NCBI GenBank assembly: GCA_041608535.1
Contig: JBFISM010000001.1
Span: 30,139 to 94,138, forward strand
Source of the DNA: Acidimicrobiia bacterium
Lineage (GTDB): Bacteria > Actinomycetota > Acidimicrobiia > Spongiisociales > UBA5794
DNA length: 64,000 bases
Direction of reading: 5' to 3'
Below, piece by piece: positions 48,568 through 57,549 of the stretch. The stretch's first letter is position 1; each line of letters starts with the position of its first letter. Position numbers and translations under genes: made by a program. Under the pieces are notes generated by a model. It was given only the letters and a program-made list of their open reading frames with translations. It ran no database searches and was not told the DNA's origin.

Positions 48568-48804
48568 TCACACCGAGAACGTCGTCGGGCCGCCCGTGGA
48601 TGTCGGCGTCGCGTCCGGGTCGACCGGCGGATTCACACTGTGCAGCTCGGTCAGACCGCTCTCCCGCAGCTGGATGCGACCTCCAGAAGCCTCGACGTCG
48701 CGATGCCGCAGCTCGTGCATGCGCGACATCCCGAATGAGATCGTGGCCCACGTGGTCGCTACGAACATCACAGATCCGATGCTGAAGATGGCGACTTCGC
48801 TCAT
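48568..48804 (-). CDS. small membrane protein (78 aa, 1 TM)
   Basis: MSEVAIFSIGSVMFVATTWATISF...; ATG 48804 overlaps stop of upstream small gene (ATGA); ORF-track 159-aa version has artefactual N-terminus. Confidence 0.45.
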   Translation of the reverse strand: MSEVAIFSIGSVMFVATTWATISFGMSRMHELRHRDVEASGGRIQLRESGLTELHSVNPPVDPDATPTSTGGPTTFSV

Positions 48805-49025
48805 GACCGCTCTCCGGTCAGGACCAAGGTCCCAAGCGAGTGAATGGCAGGGACCCACAGCCCGACGAACAGGCCCAGCTCGCGGTCCACGAAGAACCAC
48901 AGGCCGACCGACAGCAGGAACGATGCGAACGCAGCTGCGAGAAACACCAGCTTGGTGCGATGGAACTGATCGAGCGATGCGATCAGTCCGGTGGTGGTCG
49001 GGTCTGCAACAGGGGGGGCAGACAT
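48801..49025 (-). CDS. small membrane protein (74 aa, 2 TM)
   Basis: RBS GAGAGGAG before ATG 49025; TM helices KLVFLAAAFASFLLSVGLWFFV and LGLFVGLWVPAIHSLGTLVL. Confidence 0.5.
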   Translation of the reverse strand: MSAPPVADPTTTGLIASLDQFHRTKLVFLAAAFASFLLSVGLWFFVDRELGLFVGLWVPAIHSLGTLVLTGERS

Positions 49026-49128
49026 GTTTCTCCTCTCGACGATTCATCTCGTCTACGAGGAAGCGGCCCGTTGTGGATGACGACGGCGGGGAGTGGCATC
49101 TCTCAGAGGACCTGCGATGCGGTGCGGG

Positions 49129-49395
49129 TCAGCGGTCGCCGACCGCCTGGCAACCGCAGGCACGCGACGGCGGCGTCCCGTCGAGCTCGGCCGCCGCCGA
49201 CGCCAGACCGAGCAGACGAAGTGCAGTGGCCAGAGGCGTAGCGTCCTCATCGGCACGAAATGCCCAGGGTTTGGATCGCCAGCGCTCCAGCTCAACGGCA
49301 AGCGGGCCATCGATGGCCACACCGCAACCGGCTACCAGCCGGGCCATGTCGTCGGTCCACAGGAACATCCGCCACCCCCCGGCGCTCACTACCAC
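49129..49395 (-). CDS. hypothetical protein (88 aa)
   Basis: GTG-start ORF in flp2 upstream region; weak, no motif. Confidence 0.2.
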   Translation of the reverse strand: MVVSAGGWRMFLWTDDMARLVAGCGVAIDGPLAVELERWRSKPWAFRADEDATPLATALRLLGLASAAAELDGTPPSRACGCQAVGDR

Positions 49396-49481
49396 TCTTG
49401 AGAACGTACCGCACGTGTCAACCCCCCCTGGAGCGGTCCTATCGCGACCGACCGCACGAGCGATTTCATCGAAAGTGATGA

Positions 49482-49491
49482 TGACGCGTCA
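49482..49491. promoter_or_regulatory. 10-bp perfect palindrome TGACGCGTCA 43 nt upstream of second flp gene
   Basis: seen in sequence; overlaps second inverted repeat GACGCG-N8-CGCGTC. Confidence 0.3.
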
Positions 49492-49534
49492 CCGCCCGCG
49501 TCTTAGCTTCATGATGAAAGGACGGATACCAGCC

Positions 49535-49681
49535 ATGTCAGTTCCCGACACCCACGGCGAACGCGGCGCCACCATGGTGGAGTACGCCATCATGCTTGCG
49601 CTCATCGCAACCGTATCCATGGTCGTGATCACCACGATCGGCCAGGATGTGCTCGGCGCCTTCGCCTCCGCGAAGTGGTGA
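49535..49681 (+). CDS. flp: Flp family type IVb pilin (48 aa)
   Basis: canonical Flp prepilin motif ERG/ATMVEYAIMLALIATVSMVVITTIG; too short to appear alone in ORF track (it is the C-terminus of artefactual ORF 48515..49681). Confidence 0.75.
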   Translation: MSVPDTHGERGATMVEYAIMLALIATVSMVVITTIGQDVLGAFASAKW

Positions 49682-49731
49682 GCTGAGGCTCCCCCACCAG
49701 GCCTGTCTGACCTTCAGCCAACCCTCAGCTC
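49680..49731 (+). terminator. inverted repeat GAGCTGAGG ... CCTCAGCTC downstream of flp2 (long loop)
   Basis: 9-bp perfect arms separated by ~34 nt, starting at flp2 stop; weak terminator candidate. Confidence 0.25.
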
Positions 49732-49797
49732 CATGACGCACATTGGCGACACGAGCGCAGCGTGCGTCTGGCCGCAGGTGCGAGGGAGGTCGGGATC

Positions 49798-49980
49798 GTG
49801 GATACTTTTGTCGTTCGCATCTACCCGAGCACCGGTTCCAACCGTCCCGGGCGCATCGAACACGTGACGTCGGGCTCTGTTCTCTATTTCCACAGTCTCG
49901 ATGAGCTGCCTCGCGCCGTCGAGGCGGCGTTGCAGGCATCGGGTAGCTCCCTTCAGACCGGCGCGATGAAGGACCGCTGA
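49798..49980 (+). CDS. small hypothetical protein (60 aa) between flp2 and STAND regulator
   Basis: RBS GAGGGAGG 8 nt before GTG 49798; MDTFVVRIYPSTGSNRPGRIEHVTSGSVLYFHSLDELPRAVEAALQA... balanced composition, locally lower GC. Confidence 0.45.
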   Translation: MDTFVVRIYPSTGSNRPGRIEHVTSGSVLYFHSLDELPRAVEAALQASGSSLQTGAMKDR

Positions 49981-50007
49981 ACGAAGAGCGACGCGGGACG
50001 GATAGCA

Positions 50008-53000
50008 TTGCTGCCGTCTCCGATGAGCCATCCAATCGCAACGCCGTTGACCATCGTGGCGAGACCCCGCCTCGAGGAGCTGCACCGCCTTCTCGGCGAG
50101 CGACGGCTCTGCCTGATCTCTGCCGGTGCCGGCTACGGCAAGACGACCCTGCTCGGGGTATGGCGCGAGCAGGCGCCGACGGGCTTTGTGACGTGCACAG
50201 AGGGGCACGGCAACCTCGGTGTGTTCGCCACCACGGTGACGAACGCGCTGCGCGCCTGGATTCCCGGTCTGCAACCGCGAACGACAGGGGTCGAGTCGAT
50301 GAGCGGCCCGGCGGTGGCGTCCGAGCTGATCGCCGCAGCAGCGCCGCTGATGCAACGTCCGATCCGTCTCTTCTTCGACGATGTCGATGAACTTCGCACG
50401 GGTGAGTCGGCTCGCTTTCTCCAATCTCTGGTGCTGCAGGCTCCGCAGAGCCTCGGGATCGTGCTGGCAGGCCGTAGCGAACCTCCTGTACGAATCGCCA
50501 GACTCCGCGGTCGCGGCCAGCTGCTCGAGCTGACGGCTGCCGACCTTCGCTTCACCTTCGACGAGACGACTCGGTTCGTTGCCGCCACGGCTCCGGAGGT
50601 GGCCGGCTACGTCGACGAGATCCATGCAACGACCGGGGGCTGGCCCGCGGCGGTCCGGCTCACCGTCGAGGCGCTCCGCGGCAGCCCAGTCGACGATCGA
50701 CTCCGCGTGCTGGAACGGGCGCGCCGACCCGGGGGTACGTTGTTCGCCTATCTGGCCGATGAGGTCATCGACAGCGAGCCTCCTCCGGCCAGAGAGATGC
50801 TGCGCACGCTGGCGGCGATCGGGGCGGCTCCCGATGCGCTCGTGCTCGACGTGTGTGGAGGAGAAGAGACTCTGCTGGCGGGACTGCAGCGGCGCGGATT
50901 GTGTGTGGCCAGCGGACCAGACATCAGCGTGCCGCCACTCGTGGCGGACTTTCTCGCCTCAGACGCTCCCCTCGAGGCGACAGAGCGGTTGGGTGCGCTC
51001 GAACGTGCCGCCCACTGGTTCTGCGATCACGGAATGCACCGCCGGGCGCTGGAGCTCGCCACCCGACGGGGGGCAACCGAGCTGGCCGCTGCCATCTGTC
51101 TCGAGCACGGGGAGCAGATCGCCGACTCGGGAGGAGCCGCAGCTGTGCTGGCAGCGCTGCGGACGGTCGACGAGAAAGACCTCACACCGGCGCTCTTGCG
51201 ACTGAAAGCCAACGTGCTGCACACCACGGGCGATTGGGATGCGGCCCTGGCGATCTATGAGGGATTGGACGGCGGCGCCGCCAGCATCCCGGCCGACCTG
51301 GCCTGGCGCATGGGTCTGATCCACCTCCTGCGAGGAGATCCCCACACTGCGACTGAGGTGTACCGGCGTGCGGACATCACGGCCCAGGACGCCGATACCG
51401 CCATCCTGCTCGGCTGGTGGGCGTCGGCCGCCTGGATCACTGCGGAGACCGCTCACTGCCGTTCGTTGGCAAATGAATCATTGGCAACAGCTCAGCGGGT
51501 TGGCGATGACCGCGCCCTGGCGGTGGCGCACACGGTGCTGGCGATGGTTGCAGCTGTGGACGGAGACCGCCACGGCAACGAGGCGCACTACATCGCTGCT
51601 CTGGATCACGCCAAACGGGCCGACGACGTCTTGCAGCAGGTGCGAATCCATGTCAATCGCGCCAGCCACCATCTGGAGGAGGGGCACTATCTCGAATCGA
51701 TCGCGGAGAGCGACCAGGCGCTGACGCTCGCCGAGCTCGGCGACATCGTGCCATTCAAGGCAATGGCGCTACTCAATCGCGGTCAAGCGCTGTCGCGGCT
51801 GGGGCGGTTGGAGGCGGCAGACGCCGATTTCGCCGCAGCCCACAGCGAGTGGGAACGAACCCGTTCCCGGCATGTCGCCTATGCATTGAATGCATTTGGC
51901 GAGAGTCGAACCGCACGGGGAGTCCGGTCGCTGGCGCGATCCGCTCACGAGCAGGCGCTTGCCATCGCGGAGGCGAACTCAGACACACAGGCGCTCATCC
52001 CGGCGCTCGTCGGTCTGGCCAAGGTCACCATCGACGACGATCCGGCGACGGCGCGGCTGCTGGCGAAACGAGCCGCCGACCACGGCCCGAGCCTCGGAAC
52101 GGCCGCGGCGCTGCTTGCCCTGGGGTGGGCCGAGCTGGAGCTGGGCAACACCGAGGCGGCGATCGACAACGCTCGCCGTGCCGGTGACATCGCCAGAGCA
52201 CGGCGGGACCGCGCCGCTACCGCAGAAGCGCTGGAATTGGAAGCGTTTGCTGCGCCCGATGAGGCCAAGCCCCTGCTCGACGAGGCGCTGGAGTTGTGGG
52301 GCAGCCTCGACGACCCCCTCGGGCACGCCAAGTCGCGTCTCGCCCGGTGTCGGCTGCTCCACGCTGACATCGAGGAGCTCGATGAGCTGGCGGCTCTGTT
52401 CGGCAGGCTCGGTGCCCGACATCTCGCCGCCGAGACGAGGGCGATGGTCGAGCGTCTCGGTGCGGAACGACGCAACGCCGTCGTCATCGAAACCCTCGGG
52501 GGCTTCCGCGTTGTCACCGGCGGCGAGCCGGTTCCCGCTTCGGCGTGGCAGTCGAGGAAGGCAAGGGATTTGTGCAAGCTGCTGGTGACCCGGCGGGGCA
52601 AACCGGTCCATCGGGAGGTGCTGCTCGAAGAGCTGTGGCCCGGCGAGGACGGGCAGAAAACGGCGAACCGACTCTCTGTCGCCCTGTCGACGCTCCGCAA
52701 CGTCTTCGACCCCGAGAGGACTCACGATCCCGACCACTACATCGCAGCAGACAAGACATCCGTCGCGCTCGTGCTCGAAGCACTCGAGATCGACGTGGAG
52801 CGATTCATCTCCGCCGCTCGTGACATCCTGGAACACCCGGACGCATCCGAGGCGCGGCTGGAACGCATCGAAGCCGCCTATCGCGGAGATTTCCTCGAGG
52901 AGGATCCGTACGCCGACTGGGCGGTATCGCTGCGGGAAGAGGCGCGAAGCCTGTATCTGCGGCTGGCCCGCAGGCTTGCCGAGCTCACCAGCGAGCGTGG

Positions 53001-53229
53001 CGACCACGATGCCGCAGCCCGCTATCACCTCCGGGTTTTGGAACGTGACCCGTACGACGAGCCTGCCCATCTCGGATTGGTGAGCGCCATGGCCGCCACG
53101 GGCCGGCATGGGGAGGCGCGCCGTCTCTACCGAGCGTATTGCGAGCGGATGGCCGATCTCGACGTCGACCCGCATCCATTCCCCGCCGAGGGACACGCCG
53201 CCACCCAGCCGGCATTCAGGAAAACCTAA
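50008..53229 (+). CDS. large STAND NTPase-TPR regulator with C-terminal SARP (OmpR-type wHTH + BTAD) domain
   Basis: Walker A LISAGAGYGKTTLL near N-terminus; central Ala/Leu-rich TPR-like repeats; C-terminus (about 52480..53229) has wHTH FRVVTGGEPV...LCKLLVTRRGKPVHREVLLEELWP and BTAD EAAYRGDFLEEDPYADWAVSLREEARSLYLRLARRLAEL...ARRLYRAYCERMADLDVDP; 1073 aa. Confidence 0.8.
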   Translation: MLPSPMSHPIATPLTIVARPRLEELHRLLGERRLCLISAGAGYGKTTLLGVWREQAPTGFVTCTEGHGNLGVFATTVTNALRAWIPGLQPRTTGVESMSGPAVASELIAAAAPLMQRPIRLFFDDVDELRTGESARFLQSLVLQAPQSLGIVLAGRSEPPVRIARLRGRGQLLELTAADLRFTFDETTRFVAATAPEVAGYVDEIHATTGGWPAAVRLTVEALRGSPVDDRLRVLERARRPGGTLFAYLADEVIDSEPPPAREMLRTLAAIGAAPDALVLDVCGGEETLLAGLQRRGLCVASGPDISVPPLVADFLASDAPLEATERLGALERAAHWFCDHGMHRRALELATRRGATELAAAICLEHGEQIADSGGAAAVLAALRTVDEKDLTPALLRLKANVLHTTGDWDAALAIYEGLDGGAASIPADLAWRMGLIHLLRGDPHTATEVYRRADITAQDADTAILLGWWASAAWITAETAHCRSLANESLATAQRVGDDRALAVAHTVLAMVAAVDGDRHGNEAHYIAALDHAKRADDVLQQVRIHVNRASHHLEEGHYLESIAESDQALTLAELGDIVPFKAMALLNRGQALSRLGRLEAADADFAAAHSEWERTRSRHVAYALNAFGESRTARGVRSLARSAHEQALAIAEANSDTQALIPALVGLAKVTIDDDPATARLLAKRAADHGPSLGTAAALLALGWAELELGNTEAAIDNARRAGDIARARRDRAATAEALELEAFAAPDEAKPLLDEALELWGSLDDPLGHAKSRLARCRLLHADIEELDELAALFGRLGARHLAAETRAMVERLGAERRNAVVIETLGGFRVVTGGEPVPASAWQSRKARDLCKLLVTRRGKPVHREVLLEELWPGEDGQKTANRLSVALSTLRNVFDPERTHDPDHYIAADKTSVALVLEALEIDVERFISAARDILEHPDASEARLERIEAAYRGDFLEEDPYADWAVSLREEARSLYLRLARRLAELTSERGDHDAAARYHLRVLERDPYDEPAHLGLVSAMAATGRHGEARRLYRAYCERMADLDVDPHPFPAEGHAATQPAFRKT

Positions 53230-53433
53230 GACCCAGATGTGAGGATGCGGGGACAGCGAGGACGGGCCCCGGCGCGGTTGCTTCCGTATAGAGGGGGTTC
53301 GAGATTCTCGGTAGTGGGAGCCGTGTCGATGGACATGAGGGGATCTGTCGTCACGTGAGGGGAGGTCGAGCCGGCGCCCGCCATCGCTGTCTTCCTGTCT
53401 CTTCGCCATTCGCCCTGCGGCGATCCCCCATCC

Positions 53434-54516
53434 TCAGTCGAGCAGTTGGTCGAGCGCACCGAGGAGGGCATGGACATTGCGCATTCGCGCCGTGTGACCC
53501 ATGGTTCCGATGCGCCACACCTTGCCGGCATACGCACCCAGACCGCCGCCGATCTCGATTCCATGCTCGTCGAGCAAGCGTTTGCGCACCGATGCTTCAC
53601 CGATGCCATCGGGGACCACCACCGTGGTGAGCTCCGGGAGACGATGACCCTCGGCCGCGAACAAGTCGAAGCCTCGAGCGACGAGCCCGGTGTGCAGGGC
53701 AGCGCCCACATCGGCGTGGCGGCTCCACACGGCCGCCAGACCCTCGTCGAGGATGGCGCCGAGACCGGCGTGCAACCCTTGGATCATGGTGATCGGTGCC
53801 GTGTGATGGTACGCCCGCGCCGATGACTTGCCGACATACTCGGCGATCAGGTTCAAGTCGAGGTACCAGCTGTGTGGCCTCGGCAGCACTCTGGCCAGCG
53901 CCCGGTCGTTGATCGTGAACGGCGCCAGCCCCGGAGCCACCCCGAGGCATTTCTGGGTTCCGGAGTACGCAACGTCCACCCCCCACTCGTCGATTGCCAC
54001 CTCGATCCCACCGAGCGAGGTAACGCAGTCGAGCAGCAGCAGCGCATCACCTTTGGCGGCGCCCAGCTCGGCGACGTCACTGCGCACGCCCGTGGAGGTC
54101 TCGGCATGCACGACGGCCAGCAGGTCCGGCTGCGGATGGGCGTCCAGCATCGCTGCTGCGGTGACCGGCTGTCCCCAGGGCACCTCCACCCGCACCACCT
54201 CGGCGCCGGCGCGTGCCGCCACCTCGCACATCCGCCCACCGAAGACGCCGTTCACGCCCACGACGACCGTCTTGCCCGGGCCGGCCAGGTTCATGATCGC
54301 CGCCTCCATACCCGCCGACCCCGTCCCGCTCACCGGGAAGGTGAGCCGGTTCTCGGTCTGCCATATCCGGCGAAGACGTTCGTTGGTGTCGTCGAGTATC
54401 GCCAGGAAATCCGGGTCGAGGTGACCCAGCATCTCCGAACCCATCGCCCCACGCACCTGCGGGTAGAGGTTGCTGGGTCCTGGTCCCATGAGTATGCGAT
54501 CCGGCGGACGCGACAT
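53434..54516 (-). CDS. alanine-glyoxylate/serine-pyruvate aminotransferase (class V)
   Basis: AGXT-type regions ILMGPGPSN, SGTQKCLG (PLP Lys); start at MSRPPDRILMGPGPS. Confidence 0.8.
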   Translation of the reverse strand: MSRPPDRILMGPGPSNLYPQVRGAMGSEMLGHLDPDFLAILDDTNERLRRIWQTENRLTFPVSGTGSAGMEAAIMNLAGPGKTVVVGVNGVFGGRMCEVAARAGAEVVRVEVPWGQPVTAAAMLDAHPQPDLLAVVHAETSTGVRSDVAELGAAKGDALLLLDCVTSLGGIEVAIDEWGVDVAYSGTQKCLGVAPGLAPFTINDRALARVLPRPHSWYLDLNLIAEYVGKSSARAYHHTAPITMIQGLHAGLGAILDEGLAAVWSRHADVGAALHTGLVARGFDLFAAEGHRLPELTTVVVPDGIGEASVRKRLLDEHGIEIGGGLGAYAGKVWRIGTMGHTARMRNVHALLGALDQLLD

Positions 54517-54608
54517 GCAGTTGCTCCCAGGGTTGTCGGTGGAGCGGGTACGGTAGCTGCCGCACTCGATGCTTCGTCGTGTCACACCTGCGCCGTACGC
54601 TGACCCAC

Positions 54609-55154
54609 ATGAAGACTGAAGTCGTACGGAGCGCTCGCCGCAAGAAGACGGTCGAAGCCAAGCTGATCGACGGAACGCTCAGGGTCTACGTTCCTGCATC
54701 GTTCGATGCGGCCACCGAGGCCTATTGGGTCGAGCAGATGACAGAGCGGATCCGCCGCAAAACCGCAGGTCGCCACATCGACGTGGAGGCTCGTGCGTCT
54801 CGCCTGGCCACCACCTACGCTTTGCCCCGGCCCGACACCATCTCGTGGTCGCACCGCCAGCAGCTGCGGTGGGGGTCGTGCACCGTGCAAACGCGATCGA
54901 TCCGGATCTCGCATCGGGTGGCGCAGTTCCCGCGGTGGGTCCTCGATTACGTGATCGTCCACGAGCTCGCCCACCTCGCTGAACCGAACCACTCGCCTGC
55001 GTTCTGGGAGATGGTCAAGCGCTATCCGCGCACCGAGCGGGCAATCGGATACCTGATAGCCAAGGCGGAGGGCACGGGCGAGCCTGTGCCCGAACCGATC
55101 AGGCCAGCGCCGACCGAACCTCGTCGGCGATCATCGCCCGCTGCGCATCGGTGA
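54609..55154 (+). CDS. YgjP-like (DUF45/M48-related) metal-dependent hydrolase
   Basis: zinc motif HELAHLAEPNHSPAFW; 3' end overlaps convergent DegT gene by ~55 nt. Confidence 0.65.
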   Translation: MKTEVVRSARRKKTVEAKLIDGTLRVYVPASFDAATEAYWVEQMTERIRRKTAGRHIDVEARASRLATTYALPRPDTISWSHRQQLRWGSCTVQTRSIRISHRVAQFPRWVLDYVIVHELAHLAEPNHSPAFWEMVKRYPRTERAIGYLIAKAEGTGEPVPEPIRPAPTEPRRRSSPAAHR

Positions 55155-56223
55155 GGGTCGAGCCGCTGGGGACGCACAAGCCTGTGGCGAACACTCTCTC
55201 CGAAACCGCTCCCCCGAACATGGCGGCTTCCGCATAGAACGGCTGCAGATGCATCGGTTTCCACACCGGACGCGCTTCGATATCGAGAGTCTCCAAGTGG
55301 AGCCGAACCGTCTCCCGGTCGGTCCCGCAGACGTCCGGGTCGATGGTGAAGACCGTGAGCCAGCACGTGGAGACGCATTCCTCGGGTTGGGGCATGAACT
55401 CGATGCCGGCAATATCCTCGAGCGCATCCCGATAGAAGGCGTTGTGGTCGCGACGGCGAGCGACGCGCCGCTCCAGATCTGCGAGCTGAGCCCTGCCGAG
55501 CGCCGCCAGCAGATTGCTCAGACGGTAGTTGTACCCCAGCGTCGAATGCTGGTAATGCGGTGCCGGATCGCGAGCTTGTGTCGCCAGGAATCGGTACCGA
55601 GCAGCCGCCTGCCGGTCGTCCGTCACCAGCGCTCCCCCACCACTCGTGGTGATGATCTTGTTGCCATTGAACGAGAGCGCTGCAACGTCTCCGAAGCTGC
55701 CGGCCGGGCGTCCTCGGTACGTGGCGCCGAGCGCCTCGGCGGCGTCTTCGATGAGCAGCACGCCGTGCTCTTCACACACCTCACGGATACGCCGGTAGTC
55801 GGCACACTGACCGTACAGATCGACCGCGATCGCCGCCCGAATCGGCGCACCGGCGTCGGCGTGGCTCTTGCATGCCTCCGCCAGCAGGTCGGGATCCATG
55901 TTCCAGCTCGACACTTCGCTGTCGATGAACACCGGAATCGCACGGGTGTACATCACCGCATTTGCGGTGGCCGCAAACGTGAGGCTCTGTACCGCCACTC
56001 GATCGCCGGCTTCGATGCCGGCAACCACGAGCGCCAGATGGAGCCCGGCCGTTCCGGACGAGAGGGCAACACCCTCGGTGCGATCGCAGACTGCCGCCAG
56101 CTCCGCCTCGAAGGCATCGACCTCCGGGCCCAGCGGGGCGATCCAACCCCCATCGAACGCACGGAGCAGCGCCTCACGAGACGACTCGTCGACATCGGGT
56201 GGTGACAGGTAGATACGACTCAT
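55099..56223 (-). CDS. DegT/DnrJ/EryC1/StrS family aminotransferase (sugar aminotransferase)
   Basis: PLP-Lys region SFNGNKIITTSGGGAL, family N-terminus; start at MSRIYLSPPD (56223); ORF-track N-extension artefact. Confidence 0.8.
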   Translation of the reverse strand: MSRIYLSPPDVDESSREALLRAFDGGWIAPLGPEVDAFEAELAAVCDRTEGVALSSGTAGLHLALVVAGIEAGDRVAVQSLTFAATANAVMYTRAIPVFIDSEVSSWNMDPDLLAEACKSHADAGAPIRAAIAVDLYGQCADYRRIREVCEEHGVLLIEDAAEALGATYRGRPAGSFGDVAALSFNGNKIITTSGGGALVTDDRQAAARYRFLATQARDPAPHYQHSTLGYNYRLSNLLAALGRAQLADLERRVARRRDHNAFYRDALEDIAGIEFMPQPEECVSTCWLTVFTIDPDVCGTDRETVRLHLETLDIEARPVWKPMHLQPFYAEAAMFGGAVSERVFATGLCVPSGSTLTDAQRAMIADEVRSALA

Positions 56224-56325
56224 GCTTGGTCCTGCGGTGGCCGGGCCGGTTGAGCAATGGTACGGCTCCCGGTCGCCGTCTTCGACCGAGTGCGCCAGAA
56301 TGAGCCCCTCGACCCAGGAGCTCCG

Positions 56326-57531
56326 ATGGACGTGTACATCGCCGATGCCGTGCGCATCCCGATGGGTCGCCGTGGTGGTCAGCTTGCGCATGTGCGTCCC
56401 GACGATCTCGCCGCCCACGTCATCAGGGCGCTGCTGGAGCGCAATCCGCACCTTGCACCCGACGGCGTCGAGGATGTGGTGTGGGGCGCCGCCAACCAGG
56501 CGGGAGAGGACAACCGCAACGTAGGTCGAATGGCGGCGCTGCTCGCCGGAATGCCCGTCGAGACCGGCGGCGTCACCATGAACCGACTGTGCGGATCGGG
56601 ACTCCAAGCGGTGGTGTCGGCCAGCCACGCGCTGTATGCGGGTTGGGGCGATGTGATGATCGCCGGGGGGAGCGAATCGATGAGCCGGGCACCGTACGTG
56701 CAGCTCAAGGCGAACCAAGCCTTCGCCACCGGCACACCGGAGGTGGCCGATTCCGTGCTCGGCTGGCGCTTTGTCAACCCGGAGATGGAGCGCACCTATC
56801 CACCGATCTCGCTGGGGATGACGGCCGAGGTGGTGGCGGAGCGGTACGGGATCACCCGCAAGCAGCAGGACGCGTTCGCGCTTGCCTCACACGAACGGGC
56901 CGTGGCGGCGCAGAAAGAGGATCGGTTCACCGCCGAGCTCGCAGCCATCGAGGCGCCTGCCGATGCACGCGGGCGCACCGTGGTGACGGTCGAGCGCGAC
57001 GAGGGCCCTCGCGCCGACACCAGCCTCGACGCCCTGACCGCACTGCCTCCCGTTTTCAAGCGAGACGGGACCGTGACGGCCGGCAACTCCTCGCCGATGA
57101 ACGACGGCGCCGCGGCACTCTTGCTGACCACCGGCCCGGGTCTCGACCGGCACGGCCTCGAGCCACTGGCACGTGTCGTTGCTGCGGCCGTAGCCGGAGT
57201 CCATCCCGACGTCATGGGCATCGGACCGGTGCCCGCCTCGGAGAAGGCGCTCGAACGAGCCGGTCTCACCGCTGCGGATCTCGACCTGGTGGAGCTCAAC
57301 GAGGCATTCGCCGCCCAGACCGTGGCGTCGATGCAGCAACTCGGGCTCGACCATGGGATCGTGAACGTCGATGGTGGAGCGATCTCTCTGGGTCATCCTC
57401 TCGGCGCCTCCGGCGCCAGGATCCTCACGACGCTCACCCACGGGCTGCATCGTCACGGAGCCCGCTACGGACTGGCCACGATGTGCATCGGGGTGGGTCA
57501 GGGCGTCTCGGTCGTCATCGAGCGGGTTTGA
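56326..57531 (+). CDS. acetyl-CoA C-acyltransferase (thiolase)
   Basis: thiolase active-site Cys NRLCGSGLQA, C-terminal GxGxG CIGVGQG; start MDVYIADAVRIPMGRRGG. Confidence 0.85.
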   Translation: MDVYIADAVRIPMGRRGGQLAHVRPDDLAAHVIRALLERNPHLAPDGVEDVVWGAANQAGEDNRNVGRMAALLAGMPVETGGVTMNRLCGSGLQAVVSASHALYAGWGDVMIAGGSESMSRAPYVQLKANQAFATGTPEVADSVLGWRFVNPEMERTYPPISLGMTAEVVAERYGITRKQQDAFALASHERAVAAQKEDRFTAELAAIEAPADARGRTVVTVERDEGPRADTSLDALTALPPVFKRDGTVTAGNSSPMNDGAAALLLTTGPGLDRHGLEPLARVVAAAVAGVHPDVMGIGPVPASEKALERAGLTAADLDLVELNEAFAAQTVASMQQLGLDHGIVNVDGGAISLGHPLGASGARILTTLTHGLHRHGARYGLATMCIGVGQGVSVVIERV

Positions 57532-57549
57532 CACGACGGCTTTGCGAAG

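Noticed and set aside
48515-49681. 388-aa plus-strand ORF
   Set aside because: Only the last 48 aa (Flp pilin, 49535..49681) are protein-like. The upstream part is Arg/Ser-rich and antisense to the SDR and small membrane protein genes.
49714-50625. 303-aa minus-strand ORF, plus 49538..50041 and 50133..50588 ORFs
   Set aside because: Antisense to the STAND regulator and small ORF; biased composition.
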